This document shows, in pieces, positions 49,320 through 59,426 of a stretch of DNA of 64,000 nucleotides. A program made the position numbers and the translations under genes. The notes under the pieces were generated by a model. It ran no database searches, was not told the DNA's origin, and saw nothing but the letters and a program-made list of their open reading frames with translations. The stretch's first letter is position 1. Every line of letters begins with the position of its first letter. Source of the stretch: Candidatus Zixiibacteriota bacterium (GTDB lineage Bacteria > RBG-13-66-14 > B26-G2 > WVWN01); the NCBI GenBank assembly GCA_050117845.1, contig JASFLY010000012.1:18610-82609 (forward strand). Reading direction: 5' to 3'.

Positions 49320-49530
49320 CCCCCGGCCTCCCTCATAGCCCTACGGCCTCCCGGAGCCTAGCGTAGTCCCGGCGTTCAGCTGCCCCATGGGTCCCGATTC
49401 CTCCCTTGTATAGTTTAATTAGGTTGCCGTCGTTATTTTATACGCGACTTATATTTACCACACGCGGCCAACATGTACCATATCACTACGACGATAATTT
49501 TACAACGTTATTATACGAGTATTTTTACAT

Positions 49531-50081
49531 GTAGGGCCTGACCTTTAGGTTGGCCACCTGAATTCACTTACCTTCCGCCGCCGATTGAAATCGGCGGTTA
49601 GAGTTGCACGGGTTAAGCACCGGCCGCTAAAGCGGCCGGTATAAACACAGCGGTACGACCTAAAGGTCGGCCCCTACGATTGTGTTTGCCGCTAGTAGTG
49701 GGTCGGGTATTCCCGCCCGGCAACTTAACGCCGAAATAAACTTCGGCGCCGCCTCTGTTCGGCGCCGTCAGGTGTTACCACCTGACGGCCGTGGTTCGCC
49801 GGCATACCCCGCCCTTCCGCCGCCGATTGAAATCGGCGGTTAGAGTTGCACGGGTTAGGCACCGGCCGCTGAAGCGGCCGGTATGATATAAAATACCAAA
49901 AGGGCCACCGGCATAGCTTTTTGTACGTAGGGCCTGACCTTTAGGTCTGGCCACCTGAATTCACTTAGTTAATAAGAGATTTTCCGTGGGCCGACCTGAA
50001 GGTCGGCCCCTACATATAAGCCGAAGCGGCGGAGTTCAAACCCCGCCGCTTCGACGTCGTTATGGTAATCGTCGGCGCCGC
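49531..50081. repeat. large mosaic REP-like cluster with internal 72-bp direct repeats and two GTAG...CTAC doublets
   Basis: 49571-49642 nearly equals 49813-49884; GTAGGGCCTGACCTTTAGGT at 49531 and 49927; GGTCGGCCCCTAC ending 49677 and 50013. Confidence 0.88.
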
Positions 50082-50085
50082 GTCG

Positions 50086-50784
50086 TTAGTTCCGCTGGGT
50101 AATACCACCGCCGTTGACTTCTCCGTACTCACCCTCAGCGCAGGGGACGCAGTAGAAGACGCCGCCTTGCTCCAAGGCCCGGCTCTTCATGACGTTCTCG
50201 CCGCACTTCTCACATTTTACGGAATCGAAGATAGGGGCGTACGACGGCACGTCGATCCGGCCTTCAGTGATGCGGAACATCGACTCGGCCGCGATGTCGA
50301 GGTCCTCCACCGTCATATCGGCGAAGAGCTGCATCATTCGCTCGTAGTCCCCGGGCTCCCCGGCTTCGCGGCGGGCGACCAACCGGTCGAAAAGGCCGTA
50401 GCCCTCGGGGTACTCCTCGGGCCGGGAATCCTCGAACTCGGGCGCGAGGACGTATCGCACGGCCCGCCCCTCACGGTTGCAAAAGGTGACGGCGGTCTTG
50501 CCGTAGTCCCGGTATATCAGCGCGTTGTTGCCGAACGAACACCCGCTAACGAACTGCACGCCGTCGGCGAAGCAGTTGTTGGTCTCGATGATGGCGACGA
50601 GTTCCTCCATGCCGGTGTTGACGACGTCGAACCGCTTTAAGGCGTCCAGCGCGGCGATGACGCCGTAGCCGAGGTAGTTGCAGTAGTGGCCGTGCAGTTC
50701 GCCGGCCCGAGCGAGCAACTCGGCGCGGTTCTCTTCGGCTATCAGCTTCTCGACCTCTTTCCGATACGGGTTTCCACCTGCCAT
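50086..50784 (-). CDS. FmdE-family protein with zinc finger (paralog)
   Basis: LHGHYC, ETNNCFADGVQFVSGC, CEKCGE...CVPC; GGAGG 6 nt before ATG 50784. Confidence 0.85.
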   Translation of the reverse strand: MAGGNPYRKEVEKLIAEENRAELLARAGELHGHYCNYLGYGVIAALDALKRFDVVNTGMEELVAIIETNNCFADGVQFVSGCSFGNNALIYRDYGKTAVTFCNREGRAVRYVLAPEFEDSRPEEYPEGYGLFDRLVARREAGEPGDYERMMQLFADMTVEDLDIAAESMFRITEGRIDVPSYAPIFDSVKCEKCGENVMKSRALEQGGVFYCVPCAEGEYGEVNGGGITQRN

Positions 50785-50889
50785 AATCATCCTCCGGTTT
50801 AGTAACACGTTTTCTGCTACCATAACACACGCCCTCCCCGCTTCCAATAAAAAACGGGCCCCGAGGGCCCGGCCGTAAAACATATTCGC

Positions 50890-51147
50890 GGCAGGGACGT
50901 CGACGCCGCCTCCGTCCGGTGCCGTCAGGTGTTACCACCTGACGGCCGTGTTTCGCCGGGATATCCCGCCTTCCCGCCGCCGATTGAAATCGGCGGTTAG
51001 AGTCGCACGGGTTAGGCACCGGCCGCTTCAGCGGCCGGTATAAATATCACGGGCCGACCTGAAAGGCGGGCCCGGTTTCTAATACGCCGAAGCGGCGGGG
51101 TGCAATCCCGCCGCTACGATATCGCTATGGTAATCGTCAGCGCCGCC
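50890..51147. repeat. mosaic REP-like cluster
   Basis: 50921-51041 nearly equals 49764-49884; 51076-51145 resembles 50020-50081. Confidence 0.85.
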
Positions 51148-51153
51148 AGCCGG

Positions 51154-51612
51154 TTACCCCGTATCCATATCCGTAGCCAGCATGTCGCTGAAGAAGAAGG
51201 CCCAGGCGACGACGTACGCCTCGACGCTTTTGAAGGGCAAGTTGTCGGCGTCGTAGTAGCCGAGCGTCCGGTAGCTCGAGAGTTTAATGGCGCCCTCCTC
51301 GACGTAGCCCAGCGTGCGGTAGGAGGAGTCCTTCATCGTCCCGCCGTCATAGTAGCCGAGGGTCCGGTAGGAGCCGTCCTTGACGGTCTCGCCGTCGAAG
51401 TAGCCGAGGGTGCGGTAGGACGAGTCCTTTATAGTTTGCGAGTCGGAGTCGATGTAGCCCAGCGTCCGGTAGGAGCTGTCTTTCACGGTCCCGTCGTCGT
51501 CGATGTAAGCCAGCGTGCGGTAACTGGAGTCCTTGATCGTTATCGTGCCGGAGGCAAGGGCGCAGCCGCCGGCCAGGGCCAGCGCCGCCAACGTCATCGT
51601 GAAGTATCGCAT
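51154..51612 (-). CDS. secreted/lipoprotein with six KDSSYRTLGY tandem repeats (beta-flower-like)
   Basis: Signal with LAGGC; six 16-18 aa repeats; AGGAGG RBS. Confidence 0.75.
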   Translation of the reverse strand: MRYFTMTLAALALAGGCALASGTITIKDSSYRTLAYIDDDGTVKDSSYRTLGYIDSDSQTIKDSSYRTLGYFDGETVKDGSYRTLGYYDGGTMKDSSYRTLGYVEEGAIKLSSYRTLGYYDADNLPFKSVEAYVVAWAFFFSDMLATDMDTG

Positions 51613-51729
51613 ATCATCCTCCTGTCGGCCCATTATAGCACGGAAGCCGCCGCGTTAAAAGCACAGGCCGGGCGCGAGCCCGGCCCGTGGATATTCCTTA
51701 AAATAAATACTCGTGCGCGGGTACGCCGC

Positions 51730-52077
51730 TTACGGCGTGGGAATCGGCTCCACGCTGACCCGGCCTTTGGCATCCCAGGCCACCATTACCCGTACGACGT
51801 TATCCCGCCCCACGTACTTCTTGCCCAGCGTCAACGTCCGCGGCATGCTGGTCGGGCCGCCGGGATAATCCACGACCTCCTCTATGGCGGTCAGTTGACT
51901 CTTGGTTAAATTGATTTCGACCTCGCCCCGGGCCCCGGCGACCTGCTTCGCCTGATCGGCCGTCAGCTTAATAGACGTCTCCTTCTTGCCGGGAGACGGT
52001 TGGGGATTGGCTTCGCCGTAGGCCAGCGTCGCAAATGCCAGCACCGCCGCCACCAATACCACTAGAAACGACTTCAT
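51730..52077 (-). CDS. small secreted hypothetical protein
   Basis: Signal peptide, AAGGGGG RBS. Confidence 0.65.
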   Translation of the reverse strand: MKSFLVVLVAAVLAFATLAYGEANPQPSPGKKETSIKLTADQAKQVAGARGEVEINLTKSQLTAIEEVVDYPGGPTSMPRTLTLGKKYVGRDNVVRVMVAWDAKGRVSVEPIPTP

Positions 52078-52140
52078 GTGTTACCCCCTTGTGCTTGAAA
52101 ATTAGAATGGCTGTTACCGCCGGAATTCGGCTCGAGTATT

Positions 52141-52707
52141 TTACTCGGCCTTATATTCCCGACCTATGCTGTATGCGTCGGCGAAGGCGTCGCCGACCGT
52201 AACGTACTTCTTAGCCGGCATCGCGAGCAGGAACGAATCAGCCTTAATTATATCCGGCTCGCCCGCGACGACGATACTCTCGTCGGCGTACGCCGCCACC
52301 TCCTCCCCCACGTAAAGGTTAACGTGGTGAAGCTCAACCTTCTGGATCACGCGGCACTCCACGCACAAGGGGCACTCCCCTATCATCGGCGCCGTCTCGA
52401 GTTCGCCGTAGAAGACGTCGAAGACCCCAGCCTTTTCGACCTCCTCGCCGGAGTTGAGACCGACGTAATCCGTCGGGGCGACGAGGCCGCGGCCGGGGAG
52501 GTTGACGCTGAAAGTGCCGTGCTCCTCCACGCCGCGGGTCGTGTAACGCTCTCGCCCGATTGCGATCGCGAGGTACGCGGGCGCGAGGTCGACGCGGCTC
52601 ATCCAGCCCACGGTTAGGAAGTTGGGCCGGCCGTCCACCGTCGCGCCGACGAGCACTATCGGTTTGGGATAATTGAACGCGCCGCCGGCGAGTTTAACTT
52701 TAGCCAA
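52141..52707 (-). CDS. flavin reductase-like (flavoredoxin) protein
   Basis: YPKPIVLVGA, PNFLTVGW, FSVNLP, DYVG, APMIGECPLCVEC; TTG start after GGAGG. Confidence 0.85.
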   Translation of the reverse strand: MAKVKLAGGAFNYPKPIVLVGATVDGRPNFLTVGWMSRVDLAPAYLAIAIGRERYTTRGVEEHGTFSVNLPGRGLVAPTDYVGLNSGEEVEKAGVFDVFYGELETAPMIGECPLCVECRVIQKVELHHVNLYVGEEVAAYADESIVVAGEPDIIKADSFLLAMPAKKYVTVGDAFADAYSIGREYKAE

Positions 52708-52748
52708 ATCGTAACCTCCTGGTTCGGATTTAACCGAGTCGCCGTCTA

Positions 52749-53312
52749 TTAGGCATCGTAATCCCGGCCCGCCCCCCAGGCCTTGCCGATGGACTCGGCC
52801 ACCGCGAAGTAGCGGTTGGCGGGCATCGCCAGGACGTACGGCTTGATTTTCCCGAGGTCGGGGACGCGCTCGTCGACTACGCCCTCGTCGGCGTAGACCG
52901 CCACTTCCTCGCCGATGTAAACGCGGTCGACGTCCAGGTCGACCTTCTCGATGACGCGGCACTCCACGCACAGCGGACACTGCTCCACCATCGGCGCGGC
53001 CTCGAGTTCCCCGTAGAAGACGTCGAAGAGGCCGGACTTGTCCACCTTCGAGCCGGAGTGCAGGCCGGCGTAATCTACTGGTACGACAAGTTCTCGGTTC
53101 GGAAGGTTTAAGCTGAAGACGCCGTTCTCCTCCACGCCGCGCGTGCTATGGTGGTTTTTGTTGATCGCGATGGCGATACGCGACGGTTTGTAGTCGACGC
53201 GGGAGAACCACGCCACCGTCATGAAGTTCGGCTTCCCGTCCACCATCGTGCCCAATATCCCCACCGGCATGGGGTAAGTGAAGGACCCCGTGTCGAGTTT
53301 CACCTTGGCCAT
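52749..53312 (-). CDS. flavin reductase-like (flavoredoxin) protein (paralog)
   Basis: YPMPVGILG, PNFMTVAW, FSLNLP, APMVEQCPLCVEC. Confidence 0.85.
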   Translation of the reverse strand: MAKVKLDTGSFTYPMPVGILGTMVDGKPNFMTVAWFSRVDYKPSRIAIAINKNHHSTRGVEENGVFSLNLPNRELVVPVDYAGLHSGSKVDKSGLFDVFYGELEAAPMVEQCPLCVECRVIEKVDLDVDRVYIGEEVAVYADEGVVDERVPDLGKIKPYVLAMPANRYFAVAESIGKAWGAGRDYDA

Positions 53313-53387
53313 AATCGCACCTCCTGTTATTTTCGCAACTTCGTTAAAGCCCCACCATCCGGACGGAACGCCGATCCGGCGTCAACG

Positions 53388-53768
53388 TTACGCCAACGCC
53401 CGGCCGGCGAATACTATTAGAATTACGGAATTGATTAAAGTCACGTAAATCAGCGCCGCCGACCAGAAGTTTCTAAAGGCCGGCGTGCCGCGCAGGTAAT
53501 GGTAGGTATGGAAGGCCGGGACGACCAGGCCCAGGACGCCCCAGACGAGAGAGGCCCAGAGGCCCGCCGGGTGCCTGTATATCAACAGGACGACGCCGGC
53601 GACGAGCGTGGCGCCGAGGACCACCGTTATTAAAAAGAACGGCGTGTAGCCCATCCGGACGAGGGGTAGCATGTCCCACTCCTTAAAATAGGTCGAGTCC
53701 ATCTGGTGCAGCAGCATCAGCGCGAGCTGTATCACCATAACAATCTGGCACGAGACGAAACCGTCCAT
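53388..53768 (-). CDS. small membrane protein (DUF6713-like)
   Basis: LLHQMDSTYFKEW motif, four TM segments. Confidence 0.6.
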   Translation of the reverse strand: MDGFVSCQIVMVIQLALMLLHQMDSTYFKEWDMLPLVRMGYTPFFLITVVLGATLVAGVVLLIYRHPAGLWASLVWGVLGLVVPAFHTYHYLRGTPAFRNFWSAALIYVTLINSVILIVFAGRALA

Positions 53769-53784
53769 AACATCCCTTCGGCCC

Positions 53785-55089
53785 CTAGCGGCCGTTCACC
53801 GACTCCAGCGTATCCGCGTCCGGGTCGAAGTTCACGTATCGCCGAACCGACGCCGAAAGCGCGAGCGGCATGAAGGACAGGAAGGTAAAAACGAAAGAGG
53901 CGGAAATCAGGACCCGAATCGAAATAAACTCGGCCAGCACGCCGCCGAGCGCCATCGCGAGCGGCGTCAGGCCGCCGGAGACCGTCCCGAGCAGGCCGAA
54001 GACCTTGCCGCGCATGTCTTGCGGCGTCGTCATCTGCAGGACGGCCATGATGAGAGAGTTCAGGATGGCGTTGAAGAAACCGAAGACGGCCCCCAGTACG
54101 AGCATCAGCGGCACGTCCAATTTCAACGGGAAGGCGATGAGGGCCCCCAGGCCGATTACCGCGGAGGCGTAGAAGACCGGGAAACGGCGAGCCGGCGGGA
54201 CGTGTATTATAGACATCAGGACGTAGCCGACGAGCATGCCGCCGGTCACGCCGCCCAGCACGACGCCGTACATGCCAGGCCCCAGGTGCTCCGTCTTCTC
54301 GAACAGCGGCAGGAGGAGCATGATGCCCATGGTCGCGAAGAAGTTGAGGACAGAGAAGACGAGGAGCATATAACGCAGCGGCCGGACGCGCCAGGTGAAT
54401 GAGAGGCCGGCCTTGGTATCGTCCAGGAAATGGAACTCGGCCCGGGCGTGCTTGACGGCCGGGAGTTTTATGAAGAGCTCGGTTATGGCGGAGACGATGT
54501 AGGACAGGCCGTTTATAAGGAACATCAGCGGCGCACCGAGCAGCGCGTAGAGGAAGCCGCCGCCGGCGTAGCCCGGGACGCCGGACCCCGTCCAGATGAG
54601 GTGGAAGAGCGAGTTGGCCTTGACCAGTTTCGATTTGGGAACGACGTCCGGCAGGGCCGACGTGATGGCGGGGCCGAAGAACGCGCCGCCCAGCCCCAGG
54701 ATGACGCCGGCTACGAAGACCATCCAGATCTCGAGTATACCCGCGAACGCGGCCCATCCCACGAGGACGATGAAGGCCCCGCGCACGCCGTCCGTCGCGA
54801 CCAGCATCCACTTGCGGTCCGTCCGGTCGACTATGACGCCGGCGAAGGGCGACGCCACGACGCGGGTCAGCGCCGTCGTGGCCATGAGGGTCCCCATGAG
54901 CGCGGTGGAGCCGGTCACCGCCAGGATCCAGAAGCCGAGTGCGATGCTGTACGCGGTGTCGCCCAGCGCCGAGACGAACTGCCCCTGCCACAGGAGAACG
55001 AAGTTGGCGTTCCAGAGTTTCCCCCTGCACGCCGGGGCAGACTGCTCGTCGGCCTGCGTTTCCTCGCGCGCTATTATTTCGTCGTCCAC
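53785..55089 (-). CDS. MFS transporter (DHA3/macrolide-efflux-like)
   Basis: NFVLLWQGQFVSALGD, GVIVDRTDRK, MRGKVFG, about 12 TMs. Confidence 0.88.
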   Translation of the reverse strand: MDDEIIAREETQADEQSAPACRGKLWNANFVLLWQGQFVSALGDTAYSIALGFWILAVTGSTALMGTLMATTALTRVVASPFAGVIVDRTDRKWMLVATDGVRGAFIVLVGWAAFAGILEIWMVFVAGVILGLGGAFFGPAITSALPDVVPKSKLVKANSLFHLIWTGSGVPGYAGGGFLYALLGAPLMFLINGLSYIVSAITELFIKLPAVKHARAEFHFLDDTKAGLSFTWRVRPLRYMLLVFSVLNFFATMGIMLLLPLFEKTEHLGPGMYGVVLGGVTGGMLVGYVLMSIIHVPPARRFPVFYASAVIGLGALIAFPLKLDVPLMLVLGAVFGFFNAILNSLIMAVLQMTTPQDMRGKVFGLLGTVSGGLTPLAMALGGVLAEFISIRVLISASFVFTFLSFMPLALSASVRRYVNFDPDADTLESVNGR

Positions 55090-55107
55090 AAGTCCCCTAC
55101 CGAACGG

Positions 55108-55788
55108 TTAATCCCCTTTGATTATCTCGCAGAACAGACTCGAGCCGTCCACGTCCGTTAGTTCCGGCCGCACGTCGAGGCGCCGGGCCAGCGCCCGGAA
55201 ATCCTCCGGCCCGTACGTCGTGGCCGTGAAGCCGTCGCGGCATACTATAACGCCGTCGGCCGTCCGCTCGTAGTCAATCTCGCCCAACAGGCCCTCCGCC
55301 GCCTGGGCCTCGAACCACGCCAACCGCTCGTCCCAGAACGCCGCCACGTACGTCGAGAGGAGGACCCGGCCCCCCGGCCGCGTCACCCGCAGCGCCTCGG
55401 CCATCAGCTCGAGCGGGTCGACGTGGAAGGCCGAGACGCCGTTCTGGATGCAGGCCACCACGTCGAAGGCGCCGCCCTTGAATCCCAGCCGCCGCGCGTC
55501 CATCCGCGCGAACCTCACGTTCCCCCGGCCGGCCAATTCCTCCCGGGCCGCGAGGAGGCTGTCCCGGGACGTATCGACGCCCACGGCCAGGCCGCAAGCG
55601 TAGGCGAGAGGCCCCAGCGCCCGGCCGTAACCGCAGCCGAGTTCCAGCATCCGGTCGCCGGGCCGCAGCCGCTCGCGGACGTGTTCGACCTCGGCCTCGA
55701 GGTATTGCCGTACCCGCGGCGAGGCCACCTCGTAACAGCGGCGCAACCTCCCGGCCGCCAGCTTCTCGTCGTAGTACCCTCCGTCCAC
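55108..55788 (-). CDS. class I SAM-dependent methyltransferase
   Basis: MLELGCGYGR, GVDTS, MDA, FDVV, RVTRPGG. Confidence 0.85.
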   Translation of the reverse strand: MDGGYYDEKLAAGRLRRCYEVASPRVRQYLEAEVEHVRERLRPGDRMLELGCGYGRALGPLAYACGLAVGVDTSRDSLLAAREELAGRGNVRFARMDARRLGFKGGAFDVVACIQNGVSAFHVDPLELMAEALRVTRPGGRVLLSTYVAAFWDERLAWFEAQAAEGLLGEIDYERTADGVIVCRDGFTATTYGPEDFRALARRLDVRPELTDVDGSSLFCEIIKGD

Positions 55789-55798
55789 GCGTCGCCCC

Positions 55799-57160
55799 CT
55801 ATCCTCCCTCCGGCGAGAAGTCCATCGGCTCGTAGCGGAAGAGGGAATCGTCCGCCGTGCCGTCGGCGTAGAAGGTCTCGACCAGGTGGCGGTGGGCGGC
55901 CGGCTGGATGCCCGACAGGTCGCTGCAGTGACCGAACTCGGCGCACGTCACCGCCCGGCCGTTCGGCAGGAGCGGTAGCATCTCCGCGGCGGCGTACTCC
56001 CCCGGCGTCGCGAAGTCGACGGTCCCGCTGATGAGCAGCGTCTCGACGGCCGAGGGGCGGCCCGCGCGGTACTCATCCGGGAGGGGGCGGAAGGGCCAGC
56101 CGCCGTACTTCATCGTCGCCCAGTAGAGCATCGACAGCGGCGAGCCCAGGACGGAGCCAGCCGGGTCCAGCTCGGCCTCGTAGTCGCGGTCGGGGTCGAA
56201 GTCCGCGCCCACGGCCTTGGCCGCCATGTCGCCGAAGTTGGGCCCCGCGGTCACGAAGGCGTCGTACGCCTGCGAGAGGAAAGCCAGGCCGGCCATGTTG
56301 CCCCGCGCGGCGGCGGCGTACGCATTCAGGGCGCTGGCCGCGCCCCGCCGCTGGGAGAGCATCGCGAAGGTCCATATGCGGACCTTGTCGCGGTCGAGGC
56401 GGATGCCGCCCCACTCGGCCGGGAGGCCGGCGAGGACGTCGCGCATCGTCGCGACTATGTCGGGGGTCCGGGAGGCCGCGGCCTCGTCCCGGCGCCACAG
56501 CTCGCCGTAGTACTCAAGCTGGCGGTCGATGGTGCCGGCCTCCCAGATGAAGCGGCCGGGCGGGTTGACGCCCACCATCACAGATCGGCGCACGCTCTGG
56601 GGGTAGCGCAGGCCGTAGTAATAAGCGAGGCGGGTGCCGTAACTCGTGGCGTAGAGGTCCACGGGGCCGCAGGCGAGGGCCCGGCGGGCGTCCTCCAGGT
56701 CGTCCGCCACGTCGAGCATCGTATAGGCGCCCGCGGCGACGCCCTCCCGCGTCAGCCGCTCGTAGCCGGCGCGCCAGGCCCGGCCTATTCGCCGGCGGTT
56801 CTCGACGCTCAGCGGGTTCTCCGCCGCGGCCATGGCGGCGGCGACCTCGGGGAGGTCGAGCGAGACGGAGCCGTCGGCGCCGCGGTACCCGATCATCACG
56901 ACGTCGTGGCGGCCCAGGAGCCAGGTCTTGGGCTTCTCCCATATGTTGGTGTAGCCGGGGCCGCCGGCCAGGAGGAAGACCGTCCCCGCGGCCTCGGCGG
57001 CCGGGGAGCGGAGGCGCACGACGGGGAGCGTTATCGTCCGGGAATAATGAGAATTGGGGGGGGTCCGGTCCTCGGGGACGGTAAGGTCGCCGACGTCGGC
57101 GGCGAAGTCCTCGTCGCCGACGCGGTAGGTAGCCGATTTTAAATGCAGTTGGGCCGTCAT
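55799..57160 (-). CDS. alpha/beta hydrolase (TAP-like peptidase S33)
   Basis: LAGGPG, YRGADGS, TSYGT nucleophile elbow, SGTVDFATP, FGHC. Confidence 0.8.
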   Translation of the reverse strand: MTAQLHLKSATYRVGDEDFAADVGDLTVPEDRTPPNSHYSRTITLPVVRLRSPAAEAAGTVFLLAGGPGYTNIWEKPKTWLLGRHDVVMIGYRGADGSVSLDLPEVAAAMAAAENPLSVENRRRIGRAWRAGYERLTREGVAAGAYTMLDVADDLEDARRALACGPVDLYATSYGTRLAYYYGLRYPQSVRRSVMVGVNPPGRFIWEAGTIDRQLEYYGELWRRDEAAASRTPDIVATMRDVLAGLPAEWGGIRLDRDKVRIWTFAMLSQRRGAASALNAYAAAARGNMAGLAFLSQAYDAFVTAGPNFGDMAAKAVGADFDPDRDYEAELDPAGSVLGSPLSMLYWATMKYGGWPFRPLPDEYRAGRPSAVETLLISGTVDFATPGEYAAAEMLPLLPNGRAVTCAEFGHCSDLSGIQPAAHRHLVETFYADGTADDSLFRYEPMDFSPEGG

Positions 57161-57261
57161 TCCCCTATACGCCGCGGGTCCCCCGGTTTGAGGTAAGATT
57201 AGCCTCAAGTATACACAGGCCGGCCCGCAGGTCAAGGGAGAATAAAAAGGCCGATAAAAAC

Positions 57262-57290
57262 GTAGGGCCGAGTCTTCAGACCCGGCCACC
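57262..57290. repeat. single GTAG-type REP
   Basis: GTAGGGCCGAGTCTTCAGACCCGGCCACC, same family as 45554. Confidence 0.75.
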
Positions 57291-57312
57291 TGGACCCCTG
57301 ATTAATGAGTTT

Positions 57313-57576
57313 TTAATACGTTATCAATCGGGCCGAAGCGCGAACGCTGCCGGGGTAACCTCCTCGGTGTACCACCACATACCAATGGCCGTAGTGGGGC
57401 GGACTTAAACGAAAAGGGGACCGTGTCGCTAAACCTCCATAATACTTATATCGCCTCCCGGCACGAAAACCTTGGTAATTAACGCGGTCTAGGAGTATTA
57501 CGTTCGCTTGTTTATCTAATGAGACTTCTATAACATCATCCGGGCCTGCGTCGAACTCATAACGCAAATAACGCAT
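57313..57576 (-). CDS. DUF1883-like protein
   Basis: DVIEVSLDKQANVILLD, YYGG, SPFRL, GHWYVVV, GGYPGSVRAS; AGGAGG RBS. Confidence 0.75.
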   Translation of the reverse strand: MRYLRYEFDAGPDDVIEVSLDKQANVILLDRVNYQGFRAGRRYKYYGGLATRSPFRLSPPHYGHWYVVVHRGGYPGSVRASARLITY

Positions 57577-57635
57577 CTTTCACCTCCTATAATAAAGACC
57601 GTGTTCTAACTCCAATTGAACGCGTTTTAATCAGA

Positions 57636-59258
57636 TTATTGCTGGTCGATTAACAAAATAGAAACATTATAGCCGAAAGCCATCAGTCGTTCGGCGGTTT
57701 GGCGAAAATTAACACGTGAGAAGAATGGCAACCATTGGGGCCAACTACGCCGTGGCCGCGCAATAATCGCGTATACTACATGGTAATCGCTAGTGGTAAG
57801 TCTTAGTACAGGATCGTCTAACAAATATCGTGAAAAAGAAGAATCGTCGTTCTCGATTATTCCAAGTACGTCGCGACGGAAATCGGCCGATATCAAAAAC
57901 GCTTCTGCCGAAACACTCCCTTGCGCGAAAAGATGGCTTAAAGTAGAAGAACGGGTTTTCCTCTTAACGTGGATAAATTGTTTGTCCCGAGAGAACAAAT
58001 CGCAAACTTCAACAGGCGTGGTACTACCGAACCATCTAACGGTTTTCCTATCTAATAATAATAAACCTTCGGATTCGGAAACGCGGGAATTATAAACCCC
58101 TTCTTCTTCACCCGGGTTCGCTGCAGGTAAAGCGAAATCCTGATTTAAAAACGGTTCGACGAAAGTATCGACTGATTCTACGAAATCAGCTTCGACCTTA
58201 AACCAATCGCCCCCAGTTAATACGAAGAATTTATTACTTAACGTAGTTTCGAAAACTACACAGTCGTATAATTTCCAACTACTATATATCGTATCCGCAT
58301 CCGAACTAATCGCGTATAAATGTTGGTTTTTCAGGAAATTAACCGTAATTTTCTCTTTGTCCTCTACCGTTTCCAAGTACGAAACGATATCGAGGTCGTA
58401 AGTGATGCTTTCTTCTTCTAGAGAAAATTTAAAACCGGGAGCTCTATCAGGAGGGATATATTCCGGAGGCGCGATATGTATCTTTTCAGTATCACCCGTT
58501 TTTAATGCATTAATTAGGTTATCTTGTAACTGGCTGATCGTATCTTTATCCTTAACGAAACCGAACGAGTCTATCCAAGCGAACCGGTCTTTATACGATT
58601 CGCTTTTATAATACTTTAATATCTGTTTGCATTTATCACCTAATGAACCCGCATCCATTCGTGAAAAAAACGATAGCGCTTCAGAAGACCCGACTATTTG
58701 CTTCGCGAAATCGAGGTCTTTGGGTTCCCCCGTCGCCGCCCTTAATAAATCCCTCGATACGTCTAGACCAAAACCTTCAAAAGAAGTTTGTTGGCTAGTT
58801 TGTTTAATAGTATGTAAAGTTATTTCATCGACCGTTTTCGCGTCTACGCTTTTTATCCGCTCAGGATTCACCGCACTCAAAACGGTACGGAGGCCGAAAC
58901 GCTCTTCTAAGGCTTCTGGTTTAAGTAAAAACCTACCTGTACCGAAAGTGAAGGCGAATAACCTGAACCCCCGCCCCCTTTCTTTTACCTTAACGAATAA
59001 GACTGCTGCAGAGCTTGAGTTTCTCAAATCAGGTAAATCACCCTCTATAACAGGTTTAATGAAATTTAACCAGGTAGGTTCTTTAGTCCTCTTTGGACGT
59101 AAAAATAGCATCCCTTCAAAATCGACCCCAGTTAATCCAAGACTCGATAAACCCCGCGGATTCACTAATGCCCCTTCGTAATCCTTAATACTTTTCTTAA
59201 CTAGTACAACTCGTACTTGCCAAGTTTTGCCCTTTTTTGATTTCTTCTCGCGCGGCAT
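57636..59258 (-). CDS. TIGR04141/DUF6119 sporadically distributed protein
   Basis: FAFTFGTGR, EERFGLR, GDWF, EGVYN, VEVCDL...FIHVKR, SSTLSHLFAQG, LPFFS; markedly AT-rich. Confidence 0.82.
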   Translation of the reverse strand: MPREKKSKKGKTWQVRVVLVKKSIKDYEGALVNPRGLSSLGLTGVDFEGMLFLRPKRTKEPTWLNFIKPVIEGDLPDLRNSSSAAVLFVKVKERGRGFRLFAFTFGTGRFLLKPEALEERFGLRTVLSAVNPERIKSVDAKTVDEITLHTIKQTSQQTSFEGFGLDVSRDLLRAATGEPKDLDFAKQIVGSSEALSFFSRMDAGSLGDKCKQILKYYKSESYKDRFAWIDSFGFVKDKDTISQLQDNLINALKTGDTEKIHIAPPEYIPPDRAPGFKFSLEEESITYDLDIVSYLETVEDKEKITVNFLKNQHLYAISSDADTIYSSWKLYDCVVFETTLSNKFFVLTGGDWFKVEADFVESVDTFVEPFLNQDFALPAANPGEEEGVYNSRVSESEGLLLLDRKTVRWFGSTTPVEVCDLFSRDKQFIHVKRKTRSSTLSHLFAQGSVSAEAFLISADFRRDVLGIIENDDSSFSRYLLDDPVLRLTTSDYHVVYAIIARPRRSWPQWLPFFSRVNFRQTAERLMAFGYNVSILLIDQQ

Positions 59259-59304
59259 AATATCCTCCCGTATTTCCGTACAGGGATGTTTAAAATAAAA
59301 GCTT

Positions 59305-59420
59305 TAAATAAACACCCCGCCCCCTAACACTTAATGCGTTAGCGAGGCGGGGTCGGTTTGCGTAATAAATAGTCTCCCTCACGGGCGTAGCTTCGGCCTC
59401 CGAAGTTGCGCCACCCTGCC
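59305..59420 (-). ncRNA. putative structured leader / small RNA upstream of TIGR04141 gene
   Basis: Two stem-loops (59384-59412 and 59314-59353), the second followed by GTTTATTT, between promoter and RBS. Confidence 0.35.
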
Positions 59421-59426
59421 TATTAA

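Noticed and set aside
49342..49389. 15-aa leader peptide MGQLNAGTTLGSGRP upstream of the GT-C gene
   Set aside because: Too short, suboptimal SD spacing and no supporting attenuator structure
49531..51147. CRISPR array (ATTGAAA/GTTGAAAC loops resemble repeat ends)
   Set aside because: No regular repeat-unique spacer periodicity, linkers are themselves repeated, units are full palindromes, and no cas genes are present
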